From Octopus vulgaris (lineage: Eukaryota): a DNA stretch of 64,000 nucleotides. Made by a program: the position numbers and the translations under genes. A model generated the notes under the pieces. It worked only from the letters and a program-made list of their open reading frames with translations. It ran no database searches and was not told the DNA's origin. The stretch is from positions 43,586,001-43,650,000 of the forward strand of contig OX597834.1 in the NCBI GenBank assembly GCA_951406725.2. The letters are read 5' to 3'. This document shows positions 1-13,307 of the stretch, in pieces (within the stretch, counting starts at the first letter, position 1; the number at the start of each line of letters is the position of its first letter).

Positions 1-622
1 AACCTATGCATTAATCCGTTTCTCAATAACTGCATTTAATTTATAAACACATAATCGGTGTGTAGCCGTAGATATATATATCTGCGTATGTCGGTGTATA
101 GGTCTCTCTATGAACGTATGTATATGTGTCTATATACACAGTCATACGTATGTGTGCGCGTGTGTGTGTTTTACGTAAGTGTGAATGTGGACATGAATGT
201 ATATATTTACAGTTGAGCTATAAGTGTATATGTGTATTTATGAATATGCATGCCTATTTCTGCTTACATGTACATATGTATATGCATGCACAAATGTACA
301 TATGTATATATCCATTTATACATGTGTGTGTGTGTGTGTGTGTGTATCTGAGTGTGCGTTTGTATGTGTATGTGTGTGTGCATGTTTGCGTTCATAAACA
401 TACACACATGCGCATACACACATTCATACATGTACTACTACATGTTGACTTGCGTAGGCATGTGAATAGAGATGTAAATATTTGAATGTACTTCATGTTT
501 GCCTACTAATATATCTCTGCTATGTGAATATATATATCTACGTACATAATTATCAATTTCTCTATGCTTACACACATAGACACGGCCATACATGCGTGCA
601 TATATACATACATACATCTATA

Positions 623-653
<31 letters not shown>

Positions 654-1210
654 GTTTATGTAGTGTACTATAATATATAATATAACGTAACGTGTGTAAA
701 TAGCGGGTGACGATAGTTGCGAGGCGTCGTATGAGGAGTAGGAGGTGCGGTAATCTAACACTTAATAGACACCGAACGTATGCTGTTCTCAGAAGCATCT
801 TTCTTCTACTTCATCTTCTGTCTCATTCGTCTCTCTAATGATTCTGTCATGGGTTTGTCAGTGAGCCTCTTGACATAGTGTAATGATACAATTAGCGTAT
901 TTTTCTGAAGGCTTCTTCGTATTATTCAGCGAATACTTCGCTAGCTTACGCAAATTACACTGTACAAAGGTTAGGCAGGTTTTAAGATAATTGATATTTT
1001 GTAGATAATTGCTTTGATTAAAAGACAAATTGCTTCCCATGTGGAAATATATAGACCATAAAACCCAACTCGATAAATATTTGATGACTATATTTTCAGA
1101 TATGTGCATCAATGTGTCGTTTTACGCATTTATGTTTCTGCGGATGTGTGTAAGTATATATGTGTTTGTGTGAGTGTATATAGATGTATGTATGTTTGTA
1201 TGTTTATATG

Positions 1211-1244
<34 letters not shown>

Positions 1245-1377
1245 TGTATGTATGTATGTATGTATGTATGTATGTATGCATATTCAGATATCCAGACACG
1301 CGCAAATAACGCACTCAGACACACACACATATATATGCTTACATACATATATATGAATATATGTGCGCATTTGGTTG

Positions 1378-1447
<70 letters not shown>

Positions 1448-1554
1448 GTATGTATAGAGATATATAAATATATGTATAGATATATATGCATGCATGTATA
1501 TATGTATATGTATATATATATGCATGTATATATGTATACATATATATATATATG

Positions 1555-1620
<66 letters not shown>

Positions 1621-1790
1621 TAAATATATGTTTGTATACATGTATATATAATGCACAAGATGTATAATTATAATACATATATGTATGTATATATCTATCT
1701 ATACACACACACTCACAGACACACACACACTCACAGACACACACACACACACATATATATATATGAAGTGAGTGAAAGTGAGAAAACCTT

Positions 1791-1827
<37 letters not shown>

Positions 1828-2391
1828 TATATGTATATGTTTATTTATATACATATATATATATAACTGATTAAGTATCTGATGTATATTCCCTGCAATT
1901 ATGTAAAATAGACGCATACATTTAGGAGAAACATTGTAATTCGCCGGAGTACTTAACCTGTCTATCAAGCTATCAATTGATTTATATCGCAATGTATTTA
2001 GAAGTGTAAGCGTCTGTGTGTGTGTATGTGTGTGTGTGTGTATGTGTGTGTGTGTGTGTATGTGTCTAGAGTGCATGTGAATGCATGGCATATCGGTATA
2101 GTATGTGTGCGTCTCTGTTTTTGTGGGTACGTATTTCTGTATGTGAAAGTGTGTATATGGTGTAGAGCCAGATTGATGTCAAACCAGTTGTATCAACATA
2201 TACTTTTGCATTCTATGCATTCGCAGTTCGTTCTCTTGTTACCTTGTAATTAAACCATACAATCAAGCACTTACCTGCACAATAATACTTTTATACAGGT
2301 ATGTGTGTCTTTCTGTGTTACGTCTCTCTCCTTCCATCCCCACGCCACACTTATATATCTATACGTTAATGAATTTCTTTCTCTTTTTCTC

Positions 2392-2479
<88 letters not shown>

Positions 2480-2530
2480 TATATACATGCATACATACTT
2501 ATATATATATATATATATATATATTATTTT

Positions 2531-2584
2531 GCCTGCTTCAGTTGTCTGACTGTGGCCATGCTGGAGCACCGTATTTAGTCGAGC
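2531..2584 (-). mobile_element. SINE family A, 3' tail fragment
   Basis: GACTGTGGCCATGCTGGAGCACCG..TTTAGTCGAGC matches the tail of the full copies at 10432 and 30343. Confidence 0.8.
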
Positions 2585-2615
2585 TAAGATATATATATAT
2601 ATATATATATATATA

Positions 2616-2667
2616 GCAAAATCTGTCCGATGAACGGCAACGTGAAACTCAGAGTAACAGGTTTTGT
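2616..2667 (+). ncRNA. Minimal type I hammerhead ribozyme motif (U4C core variant)
   Basis: Stem I GCAAAATCTGT (2616-2626) pairs with ACAGGTTTTGT (2657-2667). Core CCGATGA (2627-2633), stem II ACG-GCAA-CGT, GAAA, palindromic stem III ACTC-A-GAGT, cleavage triplet GTA ending at 2656. Confidence 0.65.
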
Positions 2668-2763
2668 TGAATTTTCTGCTGCTTTAAATAAAGCATATTA
2701 ATCTACCACTGGTATTTGAGTACTCTTTTTTTCCACCTTGTTTCACATTTATGTGTTTACTCC

Positions 2764-2817
<54 letters not shown>

Positions 2818-2962
2818 TGTATGTATGTATGTATGTGTGTGTATAATGTTTGTGTGTGCTGGCGTCTGCGTGTGTGTGTAGTTCAGATGCTCAGTAAACA
2901 AAAGAGGGGAGAGGAAACCGTAAGCAACTGCATTCGTTTGACGCTCGGACAAATAAAAAAAT

Positions 2963-2998
2963 CTTTGACGTTTCGAGCCTACGCTCTTCGACAGAAAA
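2963..2998 (-). ncRNA. Minimal hammerhead-like motif (A6 variant)
   Basis: Minus strand reads TTTT-CTGTCGA-A-GAGC-GTAG-GCTC-GAAACGTC-AAAG: 4-bp stem II, palindromic ACGT helix III, GTC triplet, short stem I. Confidence 0.55.
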
Positions 2999-3526
2999 GG
3001 ACGAAAGGAAAGAAATTTGAAAAACCGGAAAACATACACACACACACACACATACAAACATTCATCGTAGGTGTGTGGTTATAAGTTTTGTCTATCAGAG
3101 ATTATTTGGTGTTAAACAAAGCAGAGGTAAGGAATGCGCACACCACACTGTTTTCGGCGTAACTCTAAAACCCTAAACCGGACCCTAAAACCTGACCCCA
3201 AACAGCAGATTTGCGTTTGCTTTCCGTTCCCCGTCAACCAATAATAACTTCACTCAATAGCCCGACTCAAATTTAGTGAATTGTTGTAATACAGCGAATC
3301 GCTGTAATTCCCGTAGTGAGTTCTCCTCGGTTCACGCGCTGGGTCTGTATATTTTGGAACCAAGAATACTCAGCAAATGCTACTGAAGGACATAACAATG
3401 TATGCTAAACGCATCAGTTCTAGTGCTCTTGACAGATTAATTCTAGTTCTTTAGTGTAGACTTAATCCAGTGAATTTGTCCCGATGGAACATGTTTCTCT
3501 ATAATTTGCGTGAACATAGCTATATC

Positions 3527-3924
3527 CTTTCTACTATAAGCACAAGGCCAGAAATTTGGGGAGGGGCATAGTGGATTTCATTGACCCCGGTGTGTAACTG
3601 GTATTTATTTCATCGACCCAAAAGGATGAAAGGCAAGGTCGACCTCGGTGGAATTTGAACTCAGAACGTAGCGGCTGAAGGAAATACCTATTTCTTTACT
3701 ACCCATAAGTGGCTAAACACAGAGAGGATAAACAAGGACAGACAAACGGATTAAGTCGATTACATCGAACCAGTGCGTAACTGGTACTTAATTTATCGAC
3801 CCCGAAAGGATTAAAGGCAAAGACGACCTCGGCGGAATTTGAACTCAGAATGTAACGACAGACGAAATTACCGCTAGGCATTTCGCCCGGCGTGCTAACG
3901 CTTCTGCCAGCTCGCCGCCTTCTA
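3527..3924 (-). mobile_element. SINE family B, dimeric copy with 14-bp TSD
   Basis: Minus-strand head GGCGGCGAGCTGGCAGAAGCGTTAGCACGCCGGG, B-box-like GAGTTCAAATTCC, and two central GCCTTT(C/A)ATCCTTT(C)GGGTCGAT modules. Flanked by AACATAGCTATATC at 3513-3526 and 3925-3938. Confidence 0.9.
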
Positions 3925-4139
3925 AACATAGCTATATCACCTCGTTACAAGAAGGCAAAATATCTGTTAACAATTTAGAGTAAATAAATGAAAGAAACAC
4001 AGAGCATCTTAACAGAAATATGGTGACAAAAGGGTTAAACAAAAAATACAGTGGATACCGTAAACGGGCGGTGACTGTTATTTGAACCTGGTGAAATTTG
4101 AACTGAGATCGTAAAGAAAAAAATTACGTTTTATATAAG

Positions 4140-4350
4140 TTTGCAACTTTGGCACAAGGCCAGTGATTTTCGAGGTGGGGCATGTCGATGACATCGACTC
4201 CAGTACATGACTGGTACTTATTTTTATCGAACCTCAATGAATGAAAGGCAAAGTTGTCCTCTGGGAAATTTAAACCCTGATGGAAAGAGGGACGAAAAAC
4301 TGCCAAGTACTTTTGCCCGACGTGCTAACTGTCGTGCCTGCTCACCGCCT
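4140..4350 (-). mobile_element. SINE family B, diverged monomer
   Basis: GGCACAAGGCC...TCGAC.CCAGT...CTGGTACTTATTTTTATCGA...CGTGCTAAC...CTCACCGCC, the same layout as 3527-3924. Confidence 0.8.
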
Positions 4351-4599
4351 TAATATGCTGCATTAAAAGAAATTGCAACATTCTCTTGTAAATAGGAACT
4401 GTAATGTAAGTAAAGACGAGAGCGTGACGTGTTGATTACAACTGGTAGTGTGATATAATGTACCGAAATGGTGGTGTATCTTGGCAAGTAAGAACACAAT
4501 GTGATACAATGAACAAACACGATGGGGAGTCGCAATAAAGAATTTCTAATATGTCAATTCCAACAGATGTTTATTGTTTATCACTCCAAGGTTGAGAAT

Positions 4600-5000
4600 A
4601 ATGCTTTCAAATTTTGGCACAAGACCAGCAATTTCAGGGAAGGTGTTAAGTCGATTACATCAACCCCAGCGTTCAACTGGAATTTGTTTTATTGACCCCG
4701 AAAGAATAAAAAACAAATTGATCCCCCTGCAGCATTTGAACTCAAAACGCAAAGTTGGGCGAAATGCCGCTAAGCATTTTGATCGACGTACTTAAGAATT
4801 TGTCCGTTCTCCACCTAACCAAGGTTGATAATAACCATTTCAAATTTTGGTACTAGGCCAGTCATTTAGGGGCTGGGCGTAAGTCAATTATATCGACCCA
4901 ATGCTCAACTGGTACTTATTTTATCGACCCCAGAAGGAGAAAATATAAAGCGTATCTCGGCGGAATTTGAACTCAGATTGATAAGACGGACGAAATACCG
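4600..5000 (-). mobile_element. Two tandem diverged SINE family B monomers (~4600-4820, ~4835-5000)
   Basis: Each begins TTTCAAATTTTGG(C/T)AC(A/T)AG on the plus strand and contains CAACTGG..TTTTAT(T/C)GACCCC..GAA and ATTTGAACTCA. Confidence 0.8.
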
Positions 5001-5001
5001 G

Positions 5002-5338
5002 CTTTAGTCGAGCAAATCGACCCCAGGACTTATTCTTTGTAAGCCTAGTACTTATTCTATCGGTATCTTTTGCCGAACCGCTAAGTTACGGAGACGTAAA
5101 CACACCAGCATCGGTTGTCAAGCGATGTTGGGGGGACAAATACAGATACACAAACACACATACATATACATATATACGACGGGCTTCTTTCAATTTCACT
5201 CTACCAAATCCCCTGACAAAGCTTTGGTCGACCCGAAGCTATAGTAGAAGACACTTGGCCAGGGTGTCACGCAGTGGGACTGAACCCAGAACCATGAGGT
5301 TGGTAAGCAAACTACCTACCACACAGCCGCTGCTGCGG
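5002..5338 (-). mobile_element. SINE family A, near full length
   Basis: High identity to 10432-10831, with an internal (CA)/(TA) tract. Confidence 0.9.
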
Positions 5339-8129
5339 CAACATTTCTAACGGCGAACTTCGATTTTTTTTTGGTTGTGGGGGGGGGTGGGGGTGGAGAA
5401 CAGAAAATACTCTTAGAACCGCTTCTTCCTCAGACATGAAAAGGAGAAACATCTATTCCTGAACAGAGTGTTTAATAGTAATTATTCTACTGAGTGGAAT
5501 TGAACTCAATACCATTCAATCGACGGAGTCCATTGTTACTACAGCTTCTTATATATTTTATGCTCGATAGTTAATTCGGGCCAGATGATGATATCAGCCG
5601 TTCAAATTCGGATTGTTTGTGTCGTTGTTTTGTCTTAGATGACTTCTAACTGATCACAATTTAGAACCAAAGGATTCCATTCTTGGCCATCCATCCTCTT
5701 GGACAATGCATATTTTGTATTTCAGTATCGAATGTCACTCTTTTTCTTTTTTAAAGTCAGTAGTCTCCAGTGATTTTGCATACGAGAAATAAACTGTAAT
5801 GGTGAGACTAGGCACATTCTCAGTCTCACAACAAAGATTGTCTGACATTCATAGAAATCAGAAATCAATTATTTCTTCCACTTCATATTTATAGTTTCCA
5901 GCTGGATAACGCAATCTCATTACTCTTCTTCTGAACGTCAAAATTGCAGAAACATTCAGAGTTTCATGCAACATAATCAACGCAGTAACCTAAACGAGAG
6001 AGTGTCTTCATACTTGCTCAACATTCCGAACAACCTAACCTCGCAGGAACATCACCTCACTGTCTTAAAAGCACAGTATGTAGGGGGACTGATGGACTGA
6101 TTGTTCTAAAACGCAGTCTAGTTTTGCAAAGAAGCCATGCACTCTCTCTCTAACAAACGTACTGCGACAGCTCTCCGATTTTTACACTCTCATCCATTTC
6201 CACATTCTTTAACTACTCTCAGCCAATCAATCAACTTCCGGCCTCCATTACTAGGACTCATTTTCGATGCATTTCATCTGCAGTATATGGACTGTCTTTT
6301 GTCTCTCTCGAAAGCACGATTCGAGCTCGAGACGTTGTTTTTCCTTTCCTGGTGTTATCAATATTTTGACTGCTACTTTTTTTCTTTTGCTCCAATAGTT
6401 TAATAACTCAGATAACCGAATGTACCATCTATTAGATTACTACGCCACAGATGGTTTGAAATATAAGTGATTGGATTTTATTTCAGTAATAGGACTGGAA
6501 AAGTTGGTTGTCTCTGGCTTATAGAGAAATTGTGAACACTTATAAATAATGTGATCGACCCGAATGGGTAAATTATTAAATTGCTAAAGAAGCTCAATTA
6601 TAGAAAATGTATATATATGATATGTAAGGATATCTAATACTTGAGTCATATGTCTAGTCGTCTTATTCGTATCTCATTAGCAAACAACATCGAGTGGAGT
6701 TACGTTTTACAACGTGGAGGATGATTTTGTGCTTTTCCTGATAGGTCCTTAATCTAATTGATTCTTAATGTAACGAGACAATTTTATGGAGCAATATATT
6801 TCTCCACAAAATGTAGATATTTGAATGTAAAAGAGAGAAAAAAAAGGTGGGGGGGAGTAAGATGATTTGAAATGCAGAACAAAGCTCCTTTGCTAATAAT
6901 CTCTTACTTACCTGCATCATTCTATAATGTTAATAAACGTCTCATGTGAATTCCATGAAAATAGAGAGGATGTAATCTGCATCAGAGAAAGAACGTAAGG
7001 TGATGTAAGCGTGGCTTAGCGATACTTCATTGAAAATTGATGATATATATATATATTATTTTTTATTTTCTTCTTTCAGCTCATCTTCACATCATAATAT
7101 ATTTATCTTATTTCTTTCTACTTACATCTGGCCCTCCTTCTATTGTCATTAATATTCTATTTCCAAATAGATAACATGCTATATCTGAAAGCACTCGCTA
7201 CAGCAGCCGTACTACTTAATAACTTTGTATCAAATAAATACATATGGATATATATTGATAAGTCTTTCCTAGGCAGAGCTGCAAATATTAAATAACAAAA
7301 CATTATCATAAGCTGGAAGCTTGGCTGTCTTTTATTGCATTTATTTACTTATGTTGCTTCTTCTCATCTTCTCTCTATACTTTATAATAGCAAATGAATT
7401 CATTCATGAACGAGAAAGAAACTCAGATCGAAGTAAACCAATCTACTTCACACATTTTATCAATTTTCAGCCACGAAATTAGAATTTTTACTGAGAATAT
7501 TCAATTTATTTATTATGTTTCTTATCTTTTCTTTTTTCCCCATTTTTTTTTTTGTTCGTTTCTTCTCCGTGCCACCACTGCTTATAAACAAACACCATAA
7601 TATTGAAGTAATGATATAAAATGACGAGACGAATATAAACGAACAGAAAAACAGAAAAAAAGAAAAACAAAAAGAAAGCTAAAAATGAAATGAAAAACAA
7701 ACAAGCAAGTCCCACCAGCTAATTAAAGAGATCTGTGGCCTCATATTAGTATTCAAGCAGTAAAACAAACAGAAATACTAATGCTACTTTAATGAAAATA
7801 AAAACCGTCTTGGAATTCAGAGGCGGCTTTTGGTTGTCTTGTTGTTTTTGCAGAATTTTAATGAGAAAAGAAATTATTCCCTCCTGTTTATTAGTAATGG
7901 CGGCGCTGCCGATGCGTGGCGCTGGTGTCGTTAGCGATGGTGGTGGTCGCTGTTTGTATACTTGCTGATCTTCTTATTAATCTTATAATTATTACCATGA
8001 TCATTATTTTAACTTCCAGGCTTGAAAGAAACGAAACAGAAAAAAGAAAGAAGGAAAAACAGTGTTTGGTAATTGCGCTGAGTGTTTATTGTCTTATTTT
8101 AGAAAAGGTAGCAAGAAAATCTTCTAACC

Positions 8130-8372
<243 letters not shown>

Positions 8373-10431
8373 CATACGATATTGTTTTAGCCGCTGGTGC
8401 TGTCACTATTATTGGTTTGGTTCGCAGTGTTGAAGTTGGTCGGTTTAGCGTCTATAGATTTCGTTTTAAAATTCATTCATTAAAACAGAATCTCCGTTAG
8501 CCAATTTATCAACTTTTATTGTGTAGTTATTTTTTTCATTCGGTTCGTTGTTTTGTCTTGATTGTGATGTGTGTGTGTGTGTGTGTGTGCGCGCGTGAGA
8601 GTGTTGATGGATGTTTGTATGGATGGATGGGCGTTTGGTTAGGTTCACACACGTTGTTTTCAAGCAGAAATAAAATAATGACCCAGTGTGTCTGGAGCGT
8701 CAACTTGTGTGTTCTGAGTTCAAGCTAAGAGCAGATAATCTGTTTGCTTACACGTAGGTGTGTGTGTGTGTGTGTGTGCGTGTGTGTGTGTGTGTGCGTG
8801 TGTGTGTGTGTGAACAGCAGACATAGAGCGGTGATGGAAACAAAACATACAACCTCGAAATAAATTTATAAAATATATCAGGTAAGTTATATATGTAACA
8901 TTTCATTCGTGTTTTCAAAACCTGTGAATGCAGACGCGTATACGCCGTGCATATGCATATATATTTATACATACATGCACACACACACATATATATATAC
9001 ATATATAAATATAGTTAGTAATAATATATATATATATATATTATATATATAAATATATATAAGTATATATATATTTCTTGGTGTTTGTAGTGTGTGTGTG
9101 TGTGTGTGTGTGCGATCACACAGGTTCTTCCCTGAATTTTCGCTACGAAATCAATTTCCATCGTATGACATTGGCCAATTTTGAAAGAATGGAATTCCCA
9201 ATCAGATGATTGCGAAGCGGACTTCGCAAACGCACAACGATTCTTCCGCCCAGATAAGATGCAACGAAGTATCAGAATCACCCATACAAACGCCAAATAT
9301 ATCGATTAGTTATCTGAGAAATCAGCATGTTATCAAATTAAACAACTGTCTTTAAAACCTTTGAACCAGTCGAGCAATTGACTATCCACTCGACTGTATT
9401 TTTCCGTAATTTGGACAGAACATTAACTTGCATTCGCCGCCATATTTGCGTTTTGCTTTCCATGTTAACTTTTTCATACTAAACCATTATCCGAAATTTC
9501 CGATCAAAATTTATAATAACATTATTGGTACATTTGACATGAGCATTGAACTACCAGCCTCGATTGCTGCCCTCGTTATATTTGTGTGTATTAAACATAT
9601 TCTGCCGTGTTGTAGTTGGGTTCAGTTCACGGTGCAGAAGGCAGTCTATCTAACATCGAACTCTATTTTAGCGGCAAGTTCAGCTTTTGCTATTTTATGA
9701 ACCTGGCGTGGAAAATAAGGATTTGGATCTCTCCGGATGTATTACTTATTAACACTCTCTTTGCTCTCTGTTTTTATTGAAAAGTTTAGTAAAAACAAAC
9801 CGGTTGCCATTTACATCAACGAAGTGTTCGAAACCTAGACACATGAATTCTCTAACAGATCAAACTGAACGCCATCTAGCATTATCCATCTCTGTTCGTT
9901 TTTGTTTTTATACACTTCTGTCAGAATAACATTCTCATTGACTTACACTCTATCAATTCCGAAGAACTTCATTCCAGTTAGCTCGCCCACACTTCTCCAT
10001 TTTCCCATTTCTGATATACATTTTTAAACTTCATTTCCCCCACTTTCTCTCTCTCTCTCTTTTATCTCTCTCTCTCTCCCTCTCTCTCTCTCTCTCTCCC
10101 TCTCTCTCTTTCCCCGATGTAAATATTTAACACCTTTAACTTATCTTTAATCTTTCACTGACAAGATTCGTCCAAACGCAGCCTACACACTTAACATCAA
10201 ACATCCATGGACGTAGATCATAAATCTCTCCTACCTGGAGACGCAGGAGTCTAATTTCTTTCTGTAGCACTACAAGACAATTGCTATGCAGTTAACGGAA
10301 GCACTACATAGTTTCAAATCGAAAACACCGCACAGATAAAACCTTAGAATCCTGCCCCTCGCTGCAATCCTTGGGCTTTCCAGTCCATGATTTTTCCTCG
10401 TGATTATAAATTAACAAAGGTAACCTATACT

Positions 10432-10831
10432 CTTTTACTCTTTTACTTGTTTCAGTCATTTGACTGCGGCCTTGCTGGAGTACCACCTTTAGTCGAGCAA
10501 ATCGACCCCAGAACTTATTCTTTGTAAGTCTAGTACTTATTCTATTGGTCTCTTTTGCCTAACCGCTAAGTTACGGGGACGTAAACACACCAGCATCAGT
10601 TGTCAAGCGATGTTGGAGGGACAAACACAGACACACAAATATATATATACACATATATATACATATATACGATGGGCTTCTTTCAGTTTCCGTCTACCAA
10701 ATCCACTCACAAGCCTTGGTCGGCCCGACGCTATAGTAGAAGACACTTGCCCAAGGTGCCACTCAGTGGGACTGAACCTGGAACCATGTGGTTGGTAAGC
10801 AAGCTACTTACCACACAGCCGCTCCTACGCC
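10432..10831 (-). mobile_element. SINE family A, full length (tRNA head, CORE-like segment, internal microsatellite, GAGTAAAA tail)
   Basis: Minus strand: GGCGTAGGAGCGGCTGTGTGGTAAG (A box), GGTTCAGTCCC (B box), GGCACCTTGGGCAAGTGTCTTC (CORE-like). CCTATACT at both 10424-10431 and 10830-10837 is a probable TSD. Confidence 0.92.
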
Positions 10832-11094
10832 TATACTGAAATAATTAGATACATTGTTACTTTAATGTATGTGGTAAACGATTATGGACCGTTGATGATC
10901 AACCATGATGTTGCTGGAGGCAAATATGACTGAACAGATTGCAATCCAGCCATGACTATCCTTTTAGACTCAGTGAATTCTAGGATTACGTTATCCAGTA
11001 GATTGAGGAAATGCTAGAGGTCAATGAGTAAGCCCCACCAGAGACGTATTATCTTAGAAATAAACTCAGCAGCTTCTCTCGAAGGTTCCACTGA

Positions 11095-11460
11095 ACTAAC
11101 GACCAGATATCATTCTACAGCGGAAAGAGTCCGAAGAATAGGCCTTTTCGTCGAAGTAGCTATAACTGCAGACCAGAATATTGCGAAGACAGAGAAGGAG
11201 AAAGTCGAAAATGACCAAACGTAGAACTGGAAGTAAAACACATCAACAGATCGTCAAAAAATGAATTCAATACTGATCGTGGTCGGTGCATTCGGGAACA
11301 ACTGATGGAAAGTAATGTTCTTGCGCGAAAACCTGGAATTACCAAACATCATAGGAAGAACACAGTTGGAAGTAATACTCGCAACATCATATATGTCGAG
11401 AAAAGTGTTCCGTCTCCAACAGGCGAGAAGAAGGTGAGACGTGACATAGATAACCCAGAG
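11095..11460 (+). mobile_element. Decayed 3' end of an R4/Dong-type non-LTR retrotransposon (restriction-like endonuclease)
   Basis: Across frameshifts it reads RPDIIL (from 11100), IGLFVEVAITADQNIAKTEKEKVE, LIVVGAFG and LELPNIIGRTQLEVILATSYMSRKVFRL, matching the RPD..D/E..K..Y..PIVIGALG layout of RLE domains. It runs into an (AAT)n tract. Confidence 0.75.
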
Positions 11461-11469
11461 AAAGAAAAA

Positions 11470-11490
11470 AATAACAACAAAAACAACAAC

Positions 11491-11524
<34 letters not shown>

Positions 11525-11626
11525 GTAGTAATAATAATAATAATAATAATAATAGTAGTAATAATAATAATAATAATAGTAACAATAATAATAATAATAA
11601 TAATAATAATAGTAGTAGTAGTAGTA

Positions 11627-11696
<70 letters not shown>

Positions 11697-11736
11697 TGAT
11701 GATGATGATAGTAATAATAATAGTAATAATAATAAT
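11470..11736. repeat. (AAT)n/(AGT)n microsatellite
   Basis: Directly visible; abuts the LINE 3' end. Confidence 0.95.
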
Positions 11737-12169
11737 ATCAGGAATGCCATAAAATGTAGGTCTGAACTAAATTGCGTCGATCTTCACCGAAAACATTCGG
11801 CGTTGGACGGTAGAATGAAAATTTCATTGATCTTTTGATATCCAAGTAGCAAGCATTCTTTTAATATGATATCTTTAAAGACACTCCACTATATCCAGCT
11901 AGTTTTATAGTTGTTGCAACTTTAATAACCGCATGTGATTAATATTATATTATATTATATTATATTATATTATTTTTTTTTCTTCAGATATTCTTGTATT
12001 ATACATTTATATGTTTATTTTTTAAGCCATTTTCACCAATATCTTAGAGATTCCAGGAGGCGAGAACTGTAAATCTCTCCCCATTTCTTCGTCTTTCCAA
12101 TTCCTCTCTCTCTTCCACTCTGTCTTTCTCGTTCCTTCTGACAGTCTTCTTGGAGACGCATTCGTTCCT

Positions 12170-12201
<32 letters not shown>

Positions 12202-12880
12202 TCCTTCTTTCTTTCTGCGGTTTTTTTTTTATATATTTTCTCCATATTTTATTGCTTTTATCGGAAAATTTCCAAACTGTTCGATCTCGACTATTATTTA
12301 TTTATTTATTGATTCATTGTTGATATTAAAACAAACACACACACACACATATACACACACATACATACACACACAAAAGAACGCCCCCCTCCCCGCCAAA
12401 ATAACAACGGATACAATAGAAGAAATAAATCAAAACTACATCCAAACCTGAAGAAAGAATGCTTGTATATGTGTGTATGTGCAAACATATATATGTATGC
12501 GTTTGCGTCTGTGAATGTGTATGTGCGTATGTGTCCGTGTGTATGTATCTGCGTACTTCTATTCGTTGGTGTACGTGAGTTTTATGCTTGCATGTATACA
12601 TGTGTATATGCGTATACGTGTACGTATGTATGTATGCATGTATGTATGTAGGTATACGCTTGTGTGCTTTTCTGTGCGTGTATATATACGTGTGGAATTG
12701 TGGGCGTTTGTGTGGTTCTCTTGTATTTTTATATTTGTGCGGACATGTTTATGTTCCCCCCTCTGCTTTTTCTTCCTCTCTTTCTCTTACATATACATAT
12801 AAATATATATATATATATATACACATATATATATGTATATACATATATATACATATATATATGTATATATATCCATATAT

Positions 12881-12930
<50 letters not shown>

Positions 12931-13307
12931 CACAAGCACACACATATATATATGTATGCATATATATATATATATATACATATATTGTGTGACTATGCGA
13001 TTGCGTGTATGTGTGCATGTATGTATATGCGTGTCTGTATATGTAGGTGATGTAGGTGATGTAGGCGTGTGTGTGTGTGTGTGTATGCGTAGGTCGTGGT
13101 ACACGTCAGTATATTTTGTTGGTCGGCGAACGCCATCTATTATTGGAATCACTGATCCTTTCAGATATTAAAATTGTTGATCAAGTGGACTTTGAAATGG
13201 AGTCAAACGCCAACACTGATGGTCGCCGTGATTAGCTTATTCACGGCACCTTTTCCTCGCTTTTTTGTGGCTTTTTAATTTCACATAATTACGATTTGAT
13301 AACTAGT

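Noticed and set aside
6912-6977. Minus-strand AG...GTAAGT exon candidate
   Set aside because: Stop codons occur in all three frames.
13163-13234. Possible terminal exon after CCTTTCAG ([22 protein letters not shown])
   Set aside because: Short, no recognised homology and no partner exons; cannot be supported without RNA data.
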